Source: Takakia lepidozioides
Taxonomy: Eukaryota; Plantae; Bryophyta
Assembly (NCBI GenBank): GCA_030704615.1
Contig: CM060734.1
Span: 58,528,001-58,592,000 of the forward strand
DNA length: 64,000 bases
Direction of reading: 5' to 3'
Position 1 is the stretch's first letter; every line of letters starts with the position of its first letter. Under the pieces are notes generated by a model. It worked only from the letters and a program-made list of their open reading frames with translations, was not told where the DNA came from and searched no databases. Positions 1 through 12,656 of the stretch are shown here, in pieces. A program made the position numbers and the translations under genes.

Positions 1-565
1 TATCTAGACTGGCCCCCCTACATGATTCCATTGCCAGCTGCTGTTGGCAGAGTAAGCGAATTTAGTCTAAAGCCCTCTTCACCTTCTCAACAGCCATCAT
101 CTCTCCATCTCTCCTTGGTCAACATCTGAGAGACAACTGATGGTTCACAAAATCTCCCAGCCCCACTTTATCAATCCACTAACCGCTTCTTCCTTCTCCT
201 CGGATTTACAGATTGCGAGTCACTCCTCTCATTCTTCTAGAGTACAGTGATAATAAAGTTGTCATAGCTAGCTACTGATTTGATTGGGCCTTATCAAGGA
301 TCTTAGATTAAAACAAATCTTAAAGAGAGATGTTTGTCTAAAGCCACCAGATTTTTCCTAATCCAATCTCGATGTTGGCTTCATGGATTCTTTATCTTTT
401 AAGTGTAGAATGACTTAGGAAGAGTCTAACAAACTCTGCAAATAGCTTTCCATTGCCTTCACTATGTTGACCTCTATCCAGGCTTACATAAATTAAACGA
501 GATCATGAATCTTTCAACCTCACGTACGAGTTGACTGCTAAAATTCATATTGCATGGTGCTTGTT

Positions 566-3500
566 TCACCAGTAATCCCCACAAGAGCAACTTCCACCTT
601 GGAAGTGGTGAAAGCGGTTCGAATCCCGTACAATAACTGCTCGTCCCACTATCTTTGATATGAACTTGGTGGCAGTGTGGCAGTCACCACACACCCGAAG
701 GTTCTTGATCACGCGGATAGGTGTCCCAGGGGGTGTGCTGATGAGCCCAAAAGCAATGGCCAGCTTCTCACCATGGTGGCCAAGAGACAACTCCTTTTGC
801 TCCTCCTCCACATCATGCAATACAAAGCGTGTGTCAGGCACGTACCCTGCCTCCTTCATCTGACCAAACAACCTCTCCAGCTCAGTATGAATTTCTTCAG
901 TTTGCGGATGTGATCTGTCTTCTACAGCGAATTCATGCACCTTGTTGTTCAGCTCAATGCAGCTACGTCCGCGTTCCTTTCTGACACCTCTTTCCTCCAT
1001 CATTTCTCTCACCTTTGCTTTATCAGCCCACCTGCCAGCTGCAGCGTACATATTCGATAGCGTCACATATGATGGAGCATGCTGTGGATCTGCCTTGAGA
1101 CTGCATTTTGCAGCACGTTCTGCTAGCTCCATATTGCCATGAGCTCTGCAAGCACCAAGCAGGGCCCGCCAGACCCTGGCATCTGGTTCAATTGGCATTT
1201 GATTGATAAAGTCCTGTGCCTCATCCAGTCGCCCTGCACGCCCAAGAAGATCCACCATGCAGCCAAAATGCTCTACTGTAGGGGTGACACCATGATCTCG
1301 ACTCATGGAATCAAAGTACAGGCGGCCTTCATTGACTAGGCCTCCGTAGCTGCATGCAGAGAGAAGAGACATAAAGGTTATACTGTCTGGCTTCAAGCCT
1401 TCCTGTTGCATTTGCTCATAGATTTCAAAAGCCTCATCAGCATGCCCATGCTGGGCATATCCTGCGATCATGGCATTCCATGAGACAACATTTCTTTCAG
1501 CCATTTGTTTGAACACTTGATACGCATCCAGTAGGCTCCCACATTTAGCATACATGTCAAGAAGGGTAGTCTTCAAGTTAATACACCAGCCAATTCCAGC
1601 CTTGATGATGTCAGCATGGACTTGTTTGCCCTTTTCCAGAGCCCCTAGACTGGCACATGCATTGAGCACGCATATGAACGTAACCCTGTCAGGTATCACC
1701 CCTTCCAATTGCATTTCCTTGTACATTCTGAAAGCGTCTTCACCATGCCCATGCTGGACATAGCCTGCAATCATGGCATTCCATGAGACCACATTTCTTT
1801 CAGCCATTTTGTCAAACAATTGACGGGCATCTGTTAGGCTCCCACATTTGGCATACATATCAACAAGTGTGGTCTCCAAATTAATATATGACCCTATTCC
1901 AGCCTTGAGGATGTCAGCATGGACCCACTTTCCCTTTTCCAAGGCTCCTAGGCTGGCACATGCGTTGAGAACACAAATGAATGTGACCAAATCCGGCGTT
2001 GCACCTTCCCGTAGCATATGCTCATACATTTTCAAAGCCTCTTCACCATTCCCATGCTGGGCATAGCCTGCAATCATGGCGTTCCAAGAGACCACATCTC
2101 GTTCAGCCATTTGGTCAAAGACTTTACGCGCATCATTTATGCTCCCACATTTCGCATACATGTCAACAAGGGTTGTCTTCAAGTTAAGACATGATGAGAT
2201 TCCAGCTTTGAGGATGTCTGCATGAACACGCTTGCCCTTTTCCAGGTGTGCTAAGCTCGCACATGCTTTGAGAATGCAAATGAATGTGGACCCATTGGCC
2301 ACCACGCCTTCTTGTTGCATCCGCTCATACATTTTGAGAGCATCTTCACCATGCCCATGCTGGGCATAGCCTGTGATCATGGCGTTCCATGAGACCACAT
2401 CTCGTTCAATCATCTGGTCAAATATTTGTCGTGCATCCTTTACGCGCCCGCATTTGGCATATCCTGCGATCATAGCAGTCCATGAGACCACATTTCGTTT
2501 CACCATTTTATTGAACACTTGATGCGCATCCTTCATGCTCCCACATTTGGCATACATGTCAACAAGAGTAGTCTCCAAAGTAATATCAGACGCAATTCCA
2601 GTTTTGATGATTTCAGCATGGACCTGCTGCCCCCTTTCCAGGGCCCCTAGCCTGGCGCATGTATTGAGAACACAAGTGAAAGTGACCCTATCGGGCATCA
2701 CTCCTTCCCCTTGCATTTGCTCGTAGATCTCAAACGCCTTCTTAGCCTGCCCATTTTTGGCATATCCCTTGATCATCATAGTCCATGTAAATATGTCTCG
2801 TTCAGGCATTTTGTCAAACACTTCACGTGCATCCGACACGCTCCCACACTTGCTATACATGTTGATGAGGGTATTATCTAGAAAGATGCTTGGCTTGAAT
2901 CCACTTTGGATCAAGTGCGCATGCACCTGCTTTCCTTCTGCTAGGGCTTTCATGTTGATGCACCTCTCTAATAGACAGACATAAGTGTTGGATTCTGCCT
3001 GAAAGCCAGGTTGGTTCAGAATGTGCAGTGCCTCCTTCAGTCGTTTGTCCCTACAGAGTGACCTCACATCCTCATGAGTCCCACATGACCTATTGTTGAC
3101 TCCCTCTCTTTGTTTCCTTTCAAAACCAGGGGCGAGTGTGGAGGTGCTGCCACTCTGATGTCCAACAAACAATTGTGCATGACTCAACCATGGCATCCTG
3201 CAACTCAAAACACCTATAATTAAATTTTACTCAATGATATTGCAGTGGTCTGAGATACTTGAATGAAGATATCTCGGCGTGGAGACAAAAATTGAGAGAT
3301 TAACAGGGTTCAAATCTACTCCAGTCTATAATACTTCAAGACTGTAAGTCAAGCAATTCTAGTTGAAACCATCAACTCATCATCAACAAAACCATACCTA
3401 TTGCACTGTCGGCTTGGAGCACCCTGGTGCAAATTGACATAAGAAACAGCACCAGATGGTACTCGACCTTGCCCCATAGCAGCTAGCCCTCCATCCACCC

Positions 3501-5086
3501 AAGGTGGGTTAACCGAACTCTCAATCCATAAGACCTCATTTGTGCCATTATGTTTGGAGTCTGGCGATTTTGGAAATTTCTGTGAAAACCACAAATATAA
3601 GCATAAGCTTCAACAATCGGCTTGTATGGATTGGGCTAGAACACCAAAGCTCCAAAACATGTTTCATATAACAGGTATCCTTGAATGACCTTGAGCATAC
3701 TACTGTCAGTCCCTGTTAACCAGCAAGAACAACCTACTAATACCCACAATGAGACTCTTCAGGACAAAGAGCAACATGGATCTTAGCAACTGTAGATACA
3801 CCCAGTGACTGGAGATCCATAAAGTATCTTCATGTCAGTTTCTGTCCTGACTCACTTCCTAGATGAAGATAGTCTCACCTTCTCATTCCTGTTGTCAAAC
3901 GACCAAGAACGATCTAGGAAGGGCTCCTGCCAGATATGTTCTCTGCTCATTGTTTCATCTGCATACAAAATCTGCAAGAACATGATTGTTGCTAGCTTTC
4001 ACTTCTCTCAATCACTATTGACAGCTGGTGTAGCTTTGAAAAACATTCTCCAAGTCATGCACACACTGAGAAACATACAAACATACCAGAAATTACAGAT
4101 GTTGCAGAAGGTACTGTAGGGGCTTGCAGTGAACAGGCCCACCCTTACAAGCCAGGCTGATTGGGTGATACTCACAATCCTCCACCACCCTTGTCTGATC
4201 AGAATCTGAGAGTCCGCCATAATCTGCCATCCCACCAAGACCTGGCCACCTGTCTTGAAACTTCAATGGAGGTCCAATGTCCACAAGAGAAGGACCAGAC
4301 GTGGATATGTATCCACCATCGGATTGTATTCGACTTTGAGTCATGGCAGCTCGCTCTCCTTTCACCCGAGGGGGCTTCAACCAAGTCTCATACCAAAGGA
4401 CCTCCTTTGTGTCCGTAAGTCTTAGGTCTGCTGATATGGCGACAATCTGTGAAAACCACGAGTGTGAAGCTGAGTAGCCAAAGCTTCAACCACAGCCTCA
4501 AATAGACCAGGCGAAAAAAAAAATCTCTGCAGGCAAACAAAAGGCCACAACGGACCAGCTTCCATGCTACTGTGGAAAGACAGACAGGACGAACTACCGC
4601 AGGTATGACAGACAAAGACTGTCATAATTAAAACAATGGTTCAAAACTTCTAGTCAGACACTAAATTCAATGGGGCCAGTCTAGACAACCTCACCTTATG
4701 AAATCTGTTATCGCACCAGTGCCAATGATGTGACTTAAACTGAGCACCTGCAAGAAAATGCCACCAAACCATAAGATTTTTACGATCTCTTGATTATATG
4801 ATTCTTATGAGAAAAAACGGCTCTCTCTCTATCCCTCTGGACCTCTTAAGTGTGCGTAATAACTTTCTTCTTCTTCTTCTTCTTCTTCTCAGTCATATGT
4901 CACGGTGGTTGAACTTCTTCAACCAACATGGTGTACTTTTGCTGTCAGTTTGGAGCCTGGATGGCTCCTGCGGCACATGAGAACCCAGAAAATTGCAAGG
5001 ACTTTCGTGCTCGTACCCTCTTTCGGTATCCCTGAAGCCTTGGAAGGTCCCATGACCACCAATCGCACGGATCTCTGGCCTCGCAT
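566..5086 (-). CDS. PDF-motif (OSB-like) + PLS-PPR + E + DYW protein, paralog 1 (about 1095 aa, 6 exons)
   Basis: Proposed exons: 5086-5017, 4747-4695, 4446-4176, 3958-3879, 3579-3398, 3197-566. All introns are GT-AG with matching phases (1,0,1,0,2). The last exon encodes 18 PLS motifs, E1/E2 and DYW (HGEKLA...CGDCH...GDYW). Upstream exons give a degenerate PDF-1 (HWCDNRFHK|IVAISADLRLTDTKEVLWYE) and PDF-2 (IWQEPFLDRSWSFDNRNEK|KFPKSPDSKHNGTNEVLWIE). The start codon is uncertain; an upstream ATG at 5249 is out of frame. Confidence 0.85.
4865..4890. repeat. (TTC)n microsatellite
   Basis: About 8 TTC units in the first proposed intron of paralog 1. Confidence 0.9.
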
Positions 5087-5505
5087 TGTCAAGAGGTTTG
5101 TCCTGCTCCTTGACTGTAAGAAGAAATCAAGACCTTCACGATGGCGTCTTCCCGGAGCAGATTGCTACCATCCTCGTCTCCGTGTGCGAGCGAGCATCAC
5201 ACCTGAGAACTTCGAGCCTTTTCCACAACCGACTGCCGCACCTCCTCATGAATCGGGAGATCTAATCATGCATCAGTCGAGAGAGGAACATTCTTTCGTA
5301 TCCTAAACGAGTTTCTCGGCTCCTTTGCTTGCCTTCAACAGTAGGCCACTGTGGCAATTTTTTCTGAACGAAGATCATTGATAAATGGACGATGAGGCAA
5401 CATTTCGTTTTGATGACCTTAAAACTTTCCTCATGTCAACCCATTTCTCATTGACGCAACTTGAGGATCAAGTGCTCTGGTTCTGAATGGAACGATCTTC
5501 TCACG
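5087..5505. promoter_or_regulatory. Probable bidirectional promoter region between head-to-head paralogs 1 and 2
   Basis: The divergent first exons lie only about 260-420 bp apart. No specific cis-element was identified. Confidence 0.45.
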
Positions 5506-8500
5506 ATGGGCAACATGATGACCCCACACAAACGATTGAGCACATGCAACGATCGGGTCTGGAAGAGGACAGAAGATCGCAGGTGGGTTCCTCCCTCACG
5601 CAGGCATAGGGACGGTTGCAGCTTGGCAAGCAAGGGCCTGTTGTTCTCATTACCTCATTGGGCCGGATGCCTCACATCATGCACGACATTAAGGTGTCAG
5701 GCTGTAGAGCTCAAAGACACATCCACCTTGCCAGCGCAGGGCACAAGGTCCTTGCAAGTGATGGCTATGGCAGTTCCCACGCCTTCAGGGAAGCTCAAAG
5801 AAGGTATAGGCAAGCGACCCTTTTCTGTATCGTTAAATCTCCAATTCTTCGTCACATATAGACCCAGAAAGTGCAACCATTTGGTGGCAAGAAGTGCTGT
5901 ATAGGAACGTTGGCATGACCAACAGCCTTCCATCACCTCCTTCACTGTCGTATACATTCTTTGAGATACTTCTGTTTCTTTCTAAATGATAAATTCACCT
6001 GTGGAAGTCCTACCTCGCTCAATAAACGAGTAGTTTTTCGGTGGAAGAACTGATTTAACCTATATTGTCATCCAAAGAACTTAATTTCCATGGTGAAATT
6101 TACTGGACTATGCTTTCAGTTGCCTGGATTTACCATGCTGATCTCTCAGTCATAGTTCTTGTTGGATCGGTGGGTTATAAATCCATGAGTGGCTGGAATT
6201 TGGTTTTCTCGACGTAGTAGTAGCCTGTTGCTTGTAGGATGCATAGACATACTTGCCTGGTCTATACAAGTCTGTGGCTGAAGCTATGTCTGCTCAGCTG
6301 CACACTCGTGGTTTTCACAGAAAAGTTCAAGATCATCAGACTTCAGGCATAAGTTCACAAGGGAGGTCCTGTGGATTGAGACTCTGTCAATTCTCCCTTG
6401 TTGAAAGCAGAGCTAGCAACAATGACACAAAGTCGAACACAATTTGGTGTTGGGTTCTATTTGTGGTCTGATTATCAGAGCTCCATTGAAGATTCGAGTT
6501 GGGAGTCCAGATGCTGATGGGATGACATGTTATGGTCGAAGCAAAGAGTCTGATCAAACAAGGGCTGTGGCGGAGTGTGAGTTTGACCCAATTGGTCTGG
6601 CTTGGAGGGTGCCCTGTTCCCACAAGTTCAGTATCTCCTGCAAAATCTGTAATTTCTGCTTTTTTTTACGAGTGTATATAGATTGGAGCATGAGGTGGAG
6701 AAAGAGCCCGGAGTAACCTGCAGAAATGTTTCCAAATCTACACTAGCATTCCTCCAGAGAATCGAACCTGGAAACAGCTCTTATCTACTTGCGGTGTCTG
6801 GCATGCAGGTGTAAGACATCACGCTGAACAACTCTGGCATGAGTTCTTCTCAGATCTGTCACAGTTGTGGAACAACAGGTCAGAGAAGGTGAGAGGCATT
6901 AGGATGTAAGTCAAAGAAAGGTTTAGAGTGAACCTGGGTAAGGATGCTTTGTGGACTGGGACAGCATCTTTAGCTGCTAGTTTGAGTGACAAAATTTCTT
7001 TGTTCTTGAGGAGTTGCAATTATTGTCTGTACCGGTAGCATGTTCTGGCTTGTTAGCAGGATGGGAAAGTAGGCTGTTCAAAGTGGTTCCCTGTTACGTG
7101 CAAGAAGCTTGCGTGGTTGTTACCTGGTCTGGACAGGATTGTTATTAAACCTATTGCATATTGTCATTCTCACAGAAATATCCAAGATCACCAGATTTCA
7201 GACGTAAGAGCAATAAGAGGGTCCTGTGGATGGAGAGTTGGTTGAACTGCCATCCTATGAAAGGAGAGCTAGCTGTCATGATACATAGTCGATCACAATC
7301 TGGTAATGTTTCTGAAAGAGGGCCAAGACAGGGATTCAACAAGAAGTCTTCTGGACCTCATTGGGATGTAAGATCATTGTGTAAGGTGGGACGACTGAAA
7401 GAGGCGCTGCACATTTTGGACCAGACTGGCATACTAGCAGACTCCAGTACTTATGTCTGTCTCTTGCAGAGATGCATCATCATGAAAGCCCTTGCAGAGG
7501 GTAAGCAGGTGCATGCCCACATTATCCAAAATGGATTCAAGCCAAACATCTTTCTAGACAACACCCTAATCAACATGTATAGCAAGTGTGGGAGTGTGGT
7601 GGATGCACGCAAAGTGTTTGATAAAATGTCTGAACGAGACATGTTTACATGGAGTATGATGATTGGCGGATATGCCAAACATGGGCATGCTGAGAAGGCT
7701 TTTGAAATCTATGAACAAATGCAACGGGAAGGTGCGACGCCTGACAGGGTCATATTCACTTGTGTTCTGAATGTGTGTGCCAGGCTAGGAGTACTGGAAA
7801 AGGGCCAGCAGATCCATGCTGACATTGTCAAAACAGGAATTGTGCCAGATATTACCTTGGAGTCTAGCCTTGTTGACATGTATGCCAAATGTGGGAGCAT
7901 AAAAGATGCACGTCAAGTGTTTGAGAAAATGCCCGAACAAAATGTGGTGTCGTGGACAGCCATGATTGGAGGATATGTCAAATGCGGGAATATAAAGGAT
8001 GCGAAACTAGTGTTTGAAAAAATGTTGAAACGAGATGTTGTCTCATGGAACGCCATGATTGGAGGCTATGCTCAGCATGGGAATGGTGAAGAGGCTTTCA
8101 AAATGTACAAGCAAATGCAGAGGGAAGGCATGAGACCCAATGGGGTGACCTTCATTAGCGTTCTCAATGCTTGTGCCATCCTAGGAGATCTGGAAAAGGG
8201 TAAGCAGGTCCACGCTGACATCCTTAAAGCTGGAATCGTATCGTCTATTAATTTGAAGACAACCCTTGTGGACATGTACGCCAAATGTGGAAGCCTAAAG
8301 GATGCACGGCAAGTGTTTGATGAAATGGCTGAACAAAATGTTGTCTCATGGAATGCCATGATTGCAGGATATGCCCAACATGGGCATGGTGAAGAGGCTA
8401 TCCAAATGTATGATCGAATGCAACGAGAAGGAGTGATGCCTGACAGTGTCACATTCATCTGTGTTCTCAATGCATGTGCCAGCATAGGAGCTCTGGATAA

Positions 8501-9866
8501 AGGCAAACTGGTCCATTCTGACATTGTCAAAGCTGCAACTGTTTTATGCGTTAACTTGAAGACCACCCTTGTGGACATGTATTCCAAATGTGGGAGCGTG
8601 AAGGATGCACGTGAGGTGTTTGACAATATGGCTGAACGAGATGTCGTCTCATGGAATGCCATGATTGCAGGCTATGCTCAGCATGGGCATGGTGAAGAGG
8701 CTTTTCAAGTCTATGAGAGAATGCAACAGAAAGGAGTGATGCCCGACAGTGTCACATTCATGTGTGTTCTCAACGCATGTGCCAGCATAGGAGCCCTGGA
8801 TAAAGGCAAACTGGTCCATTTTGACATTGTCAAAGCTGCAACTGCTTCATGCGTTAACTTGAAGACCACTCTTGTTGACATGTATTCCAAATGTGGGAGC
8901 TTGAAGGACGCACGTGAGGTGTTTGACAACATGGCTGAACGAGATGCGGTCTCATGGAACGCCATGATTGCAGGCTATGCTCAGCATGGGCATGGTGAAG
9001 AGGCTTTTCGAGTCTATGAGAAAATGCAACAGAAAGGCTTGAAACCAGACAGTAGCACCTTCATCTCTCTTCTCTTTGCTTGTAGTCATATGGGTCTAGT
9101 GGATGAAGGCCGTCAGTTATTTGACTCCATGAGTATTCATGGCCTCACACCTACAGTGGAGCATTTTGGCTGCATGGTGGATCTTCTTGGCCGTGCAGGG
9201 CAACTGGATGAGGCGAGGGACCTTATTACCCAAATGCCAATGGATCCAGATGCTACGGTGTGGCGTGCCTTGCTTGGTGCCTGCAGAATTCATGGCGATC
9301 TGAAGCTAGCAGAACATGCTGCAAAATGTATTCTCATGTTGGATCCAGAGCAATCTGCAGCTTATGTGCTGCTATCAAACATCTATGCTGTGGCTGGCAG
9401 GTGGGATGACAAAGAGAAGGTCAGACAGATGATGAAGGATAGAGGTATTAGAAAGGAGCCTGGGCGCAGTTGGATTGAGGTGAACAACCAGGTGCATGAA
9501 TTTGTTGTAGAAGACAAATTGCATCCACAAATCAAGGAGATCCATGCTAAGTTGGAGAGATTGTCTGGGCAGATGAAGGAGGCTGGATATGTGCCTGACA
9601 AACGTTTTGCATTGCATGATGTAGAGGAGGAGCAAAAGGAAATTTCTCTTGGCTACCACAGTGAGAAGCTTGCCATTGCTTTTGGGATCATCAATACGCC
9701 CCCTGGGACACATATTTGCATCATGAAGAACCTTCGAGTATGCGGAGATTGTCATACCGGCACCAAGTTCATCTCAAAGATTGTTGGTCGAACAGTCATC
9801 TTGCGGGATGCCAGCCGCTTTCACCACTTCCAAGATGGGTTTTGCTCTTGTGGGGATTACTGGTGA
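5506..9866 (+). CDS. PDF-motif (OSB-like) + PLS-PPR + E + DYW protein, paralog 2 (about 1022 aa)
   Basis: Proposed exons: 5506-5803 (phase 1), 6809-6888 ([19 protein letters not shown], phase 1 to 0) and 7176-9866 ([11 protein letters not shown]...VLWME, 18 PLS motifs, PG box [25 protein letters not shown]). The model skips a disabled PDF-1 exon at 6321-6576. Confidence 0.88.
6321..6576 (+). pseudogene. Disabled PDF-1 exon inside paralog 2
   Basis: Acceptor ttttcacag and donor gtgagt are retained. It begins [20 protein letters not shown], then has two compensating frameshifts with three in-frame stops. Homologous to paralog 1 exon 4446-4176. Confidence 0.75.
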
Positions 9867-12014
9867 CGCCACCAACATGCAAGATGGAAGACAAGTGTGT
9901 TTTTCAAAGATGAGGGTGGTTGTCGTTATTGAAGCATTGTAAACTGGAAGGATATAACTGGTGTCCGGAAGTGCAATAGTCAGGACCTTAATGACAACCA
10001 TGTTAATGATTATAGTTCAAATGTGAGTATTGAAGTTATGGGAAACCTTCTGAAAATATTTTGTTGGCTTCAGTGCTTCACCAAGGACTTAGGAATTTGA
10101 TTGAAGGAAGATGCCTCTCCGATTTGCAGTGAATGCTTGCAACAGCATAAGGTGCAGATGCCTCTAGTGCTGGGAAGCAGGAGTGTAATCAAGCAGAGTG
10201 CAACAAAGGCAGAATCATGCACAGTGATGAAGGAGATACTTGGGCACGGTTTGCAAATTCAAGTGCAGAACGCCTGGTGCAACACGGATCTACGAAGAAG
10301 TTGGAGGAGATGATGGATCTTAACATTCACATTGTTGCTTCTTCCAGCCTGACAGACGGCTGGAACCAATGCGTGTGCTACTGCTCAACTTCAACGCATG
10401 CCTTTACCCATTCAGGCTGCAGTACATTTTCCAGGAGTTTCTTGTTCAGCTTGGGTGTTCCCTATCTGCACATAATTTTAAATGCCCTATGCAATGGCCA
10501 ACAATATTGAGTGTTGCCTTTGTGGAGCTTGGAAGTAAAGCAGATCCCCTTTAAAAGTCTGACAACAGAAGTTTTTGCAACTTGGTGCTGTTCTAAATTA
10601 TGAGATGCCCGCGTACCTAATTCGGCAGTCATTCAATCTAAGTGGCTTTGATATGAATGGGTTAAATGCCACAGGAGCTTGCCATGTAAGGTCCATGTAA
10701 GGTGATGCAAAAGCTGGTCATGCAGGTCCTACACTGAGACAAACCATTACTAATGCAAACTGGCTGCTCTATCCCTGTTAGCACCAGAAGACTCGAGAAG
10801 TATATACGCGTGAGGAAGGATCAGAGCAGAATTTCGAAGGGATGATTGCTTGTTTGAGCTTTGTCCATTGCAGGTATCTATCCAAGAGAGATTGGAACCA
10901 GTCTAGATGTACTCGAATTGTCAGCAAATGACAGTGATTTCGACCTACAGGTGACAATTGCAGCATAACCCTTGAAAGCTTCATTACATTGAGACCACAC
11001 AAGACAATTGTACAAGAGAGGAAGGTTCCCCCAGGGGGAGTGAAAAACAAAAGGAAAGCAAATAATAGTCCTTGTGATTGACTCAAGCCTATCGCGTGTC
11101 CAATCCTGCTGCTTGAAGCACATCACACTTTTGCGGAAGGGAGTGGGTAAGAGAGAGCTGAAAGGCAAGATGAAGCCATGCCAGCTACGTCTGCCCGCAG
11201 TGTAGACATGGCTTGTACTCAGTTGCATGTTGTCTAACTGACGCTGAAACATCGAAAAATCCCCACTGCAGACGGTAGGAATGCATCCTCAGGCCGACAG
11301 CTACCAAGGCGGGCGGTTCCTGCCTGGAGCGGCCAATCGAGAAAGCAAATCTGATCTGAAGGGACAATCAATCACTTGTAAAAGCTCTGCAGATTTTCCT
11401 GCCTATGACCACCCTTGTGAAGTCGATAACTATTTGCATCACTCCCTTCGATGACAAATCAAAAGCGCTCAGAATGTTTCTATTGTAGCTCTGGAGATAA
11501 GGCATACGATCAGCTCTGTATTCACATCGACATCCATTCAAATGATCATGGAAGCACAGCTGTACAATCAAGTCCCGCTTTATTCATTGTAATAGAGGAG
11601 TCCAGTTCTAGAATTCAGCTCAACTGAAAACTAAGCTTCACATGGGATTGTAGGAGCATACAGATAATGTCAAGTATGTCCACAAATGCCCCACATGAAG
11701 GATCACGTAGTTAACGCAGGTTCAGCCAAGGCTCTAGGCAAGCAAACAGGCCTTGCTCTATGTACTATAAAGCGACAGAAAAAGCCATCGAAGCTCTTAA
11801 CGCACACGATACCAGCTCCAAGTGACTCTTGACAACCAAAGCTCATTGTACCAGGCTACGAAGCAACTTATACTTGTTGCTGTTAGTATCTAATGTACGC
11901 TGCTCAACAGGTTGAGCACTCGCGTCTAAAAAGCAAGAGGTAAAGACGGACTTTCGGTCTGAGGACCCCTGAGGACTCGTGTCCATGTGACGGGGGAGAA
12001 GTAGAGTTGCCGGG

Positions 12015-12656
12015 CTACTCCTTGATGGGCACAACATCACCAAGAACCATAGCTTCTAGTGCTTCCTCTGTTGCTTCCACTGCTGCAGCGATTGTGGGAC
12101 TTGGCTGGGTCTCAGGCTGGTCAACAGCGGCCTCAGCCGCAGGCTGGGGATCGAATGGACTACTGATGGGATGCACACTCGGGGGAGCTGAGTGAGGACG
12201 ACGAGGATGACACAAAGCTGCAGATCGACAGCCATGGTGCTTCATGTGCTTCTTATGCAAATGCCGTCTTCCATGGAAAAAGATGGGCGGAGGTGAGAAA
12301 GCCCTCACAATTGGTGCCATCGGAGTGGAAGGTCCACAATCTTTAGGACCATCAAGCGAACTGGGTGGGCAGGGCATGGCACCACGAGCGGAGCCATGTT
12401 CAAGGCCATGACCGTGGCCATGGTGGTGGCGATGTCTGTGGTGGCCACCGTGCTTCACACGGTGGCCATGGTGATGATGAAAGCCGTGGCCTCGCAAGCC
12501 ACCATACCGGCCAGACCCATCTAAGGAAAACACCGTAGCATCCACCCCGTCGACACCAGAAGCCATGGCGAGCCTCTCTGAAGCCTCAGTACCCAGCGAG
12601 AAGAAGAGAAAACGCTTGTGAGATTTAGCCATCTCTCTAAACGACCCACCTCCCAT
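12015..12656 (-). CDS. His/Gly-rich, Pro-rich hypothetical protein, copy 1
   Basis: Open frame from ATG 12656 (or 12566) with HGFHHHHGHRVKHGGHHRHRHHHGHGHG and an acidic C-terminus. A TATA-like stretch lies near 12797. No recognised domain. Confidence 0.5.
   Translation of the reverse strand: MGGGSFREMAKSHKRFLFFSLGTEASERLAMASGVDGVDATVFSLDGSGRYGGLRGHGFHHHHGHRVKHGGHHRHRHHHGHGHGLEHGSARGAMPCPPSSLDGPKDCGPSTPMAPIVRAFSPPPIFFHGRRHLHKKHMKHHGCRSAALCHPRRPHSAPPSVHPISSPFDPQPAAEAAVDQPETQPSPTIAAAVEATEEALEAMVLGDVVPIKE

Noticed and set aside
660-2984. Many short ORFs opposite the PPR genes (also 7451-9755 and 24328-26050)
   Set aside because: Antisense shadows of repetitive PPR coding sequence.
4093-4380. 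Apparent conserved small protein ending QYLLQHL (also 26807-27223 and 6444-6716)
   Set aside because: Read-through past a conserved gtgagt donor. These are internal exons of the PDF-PPR genes.
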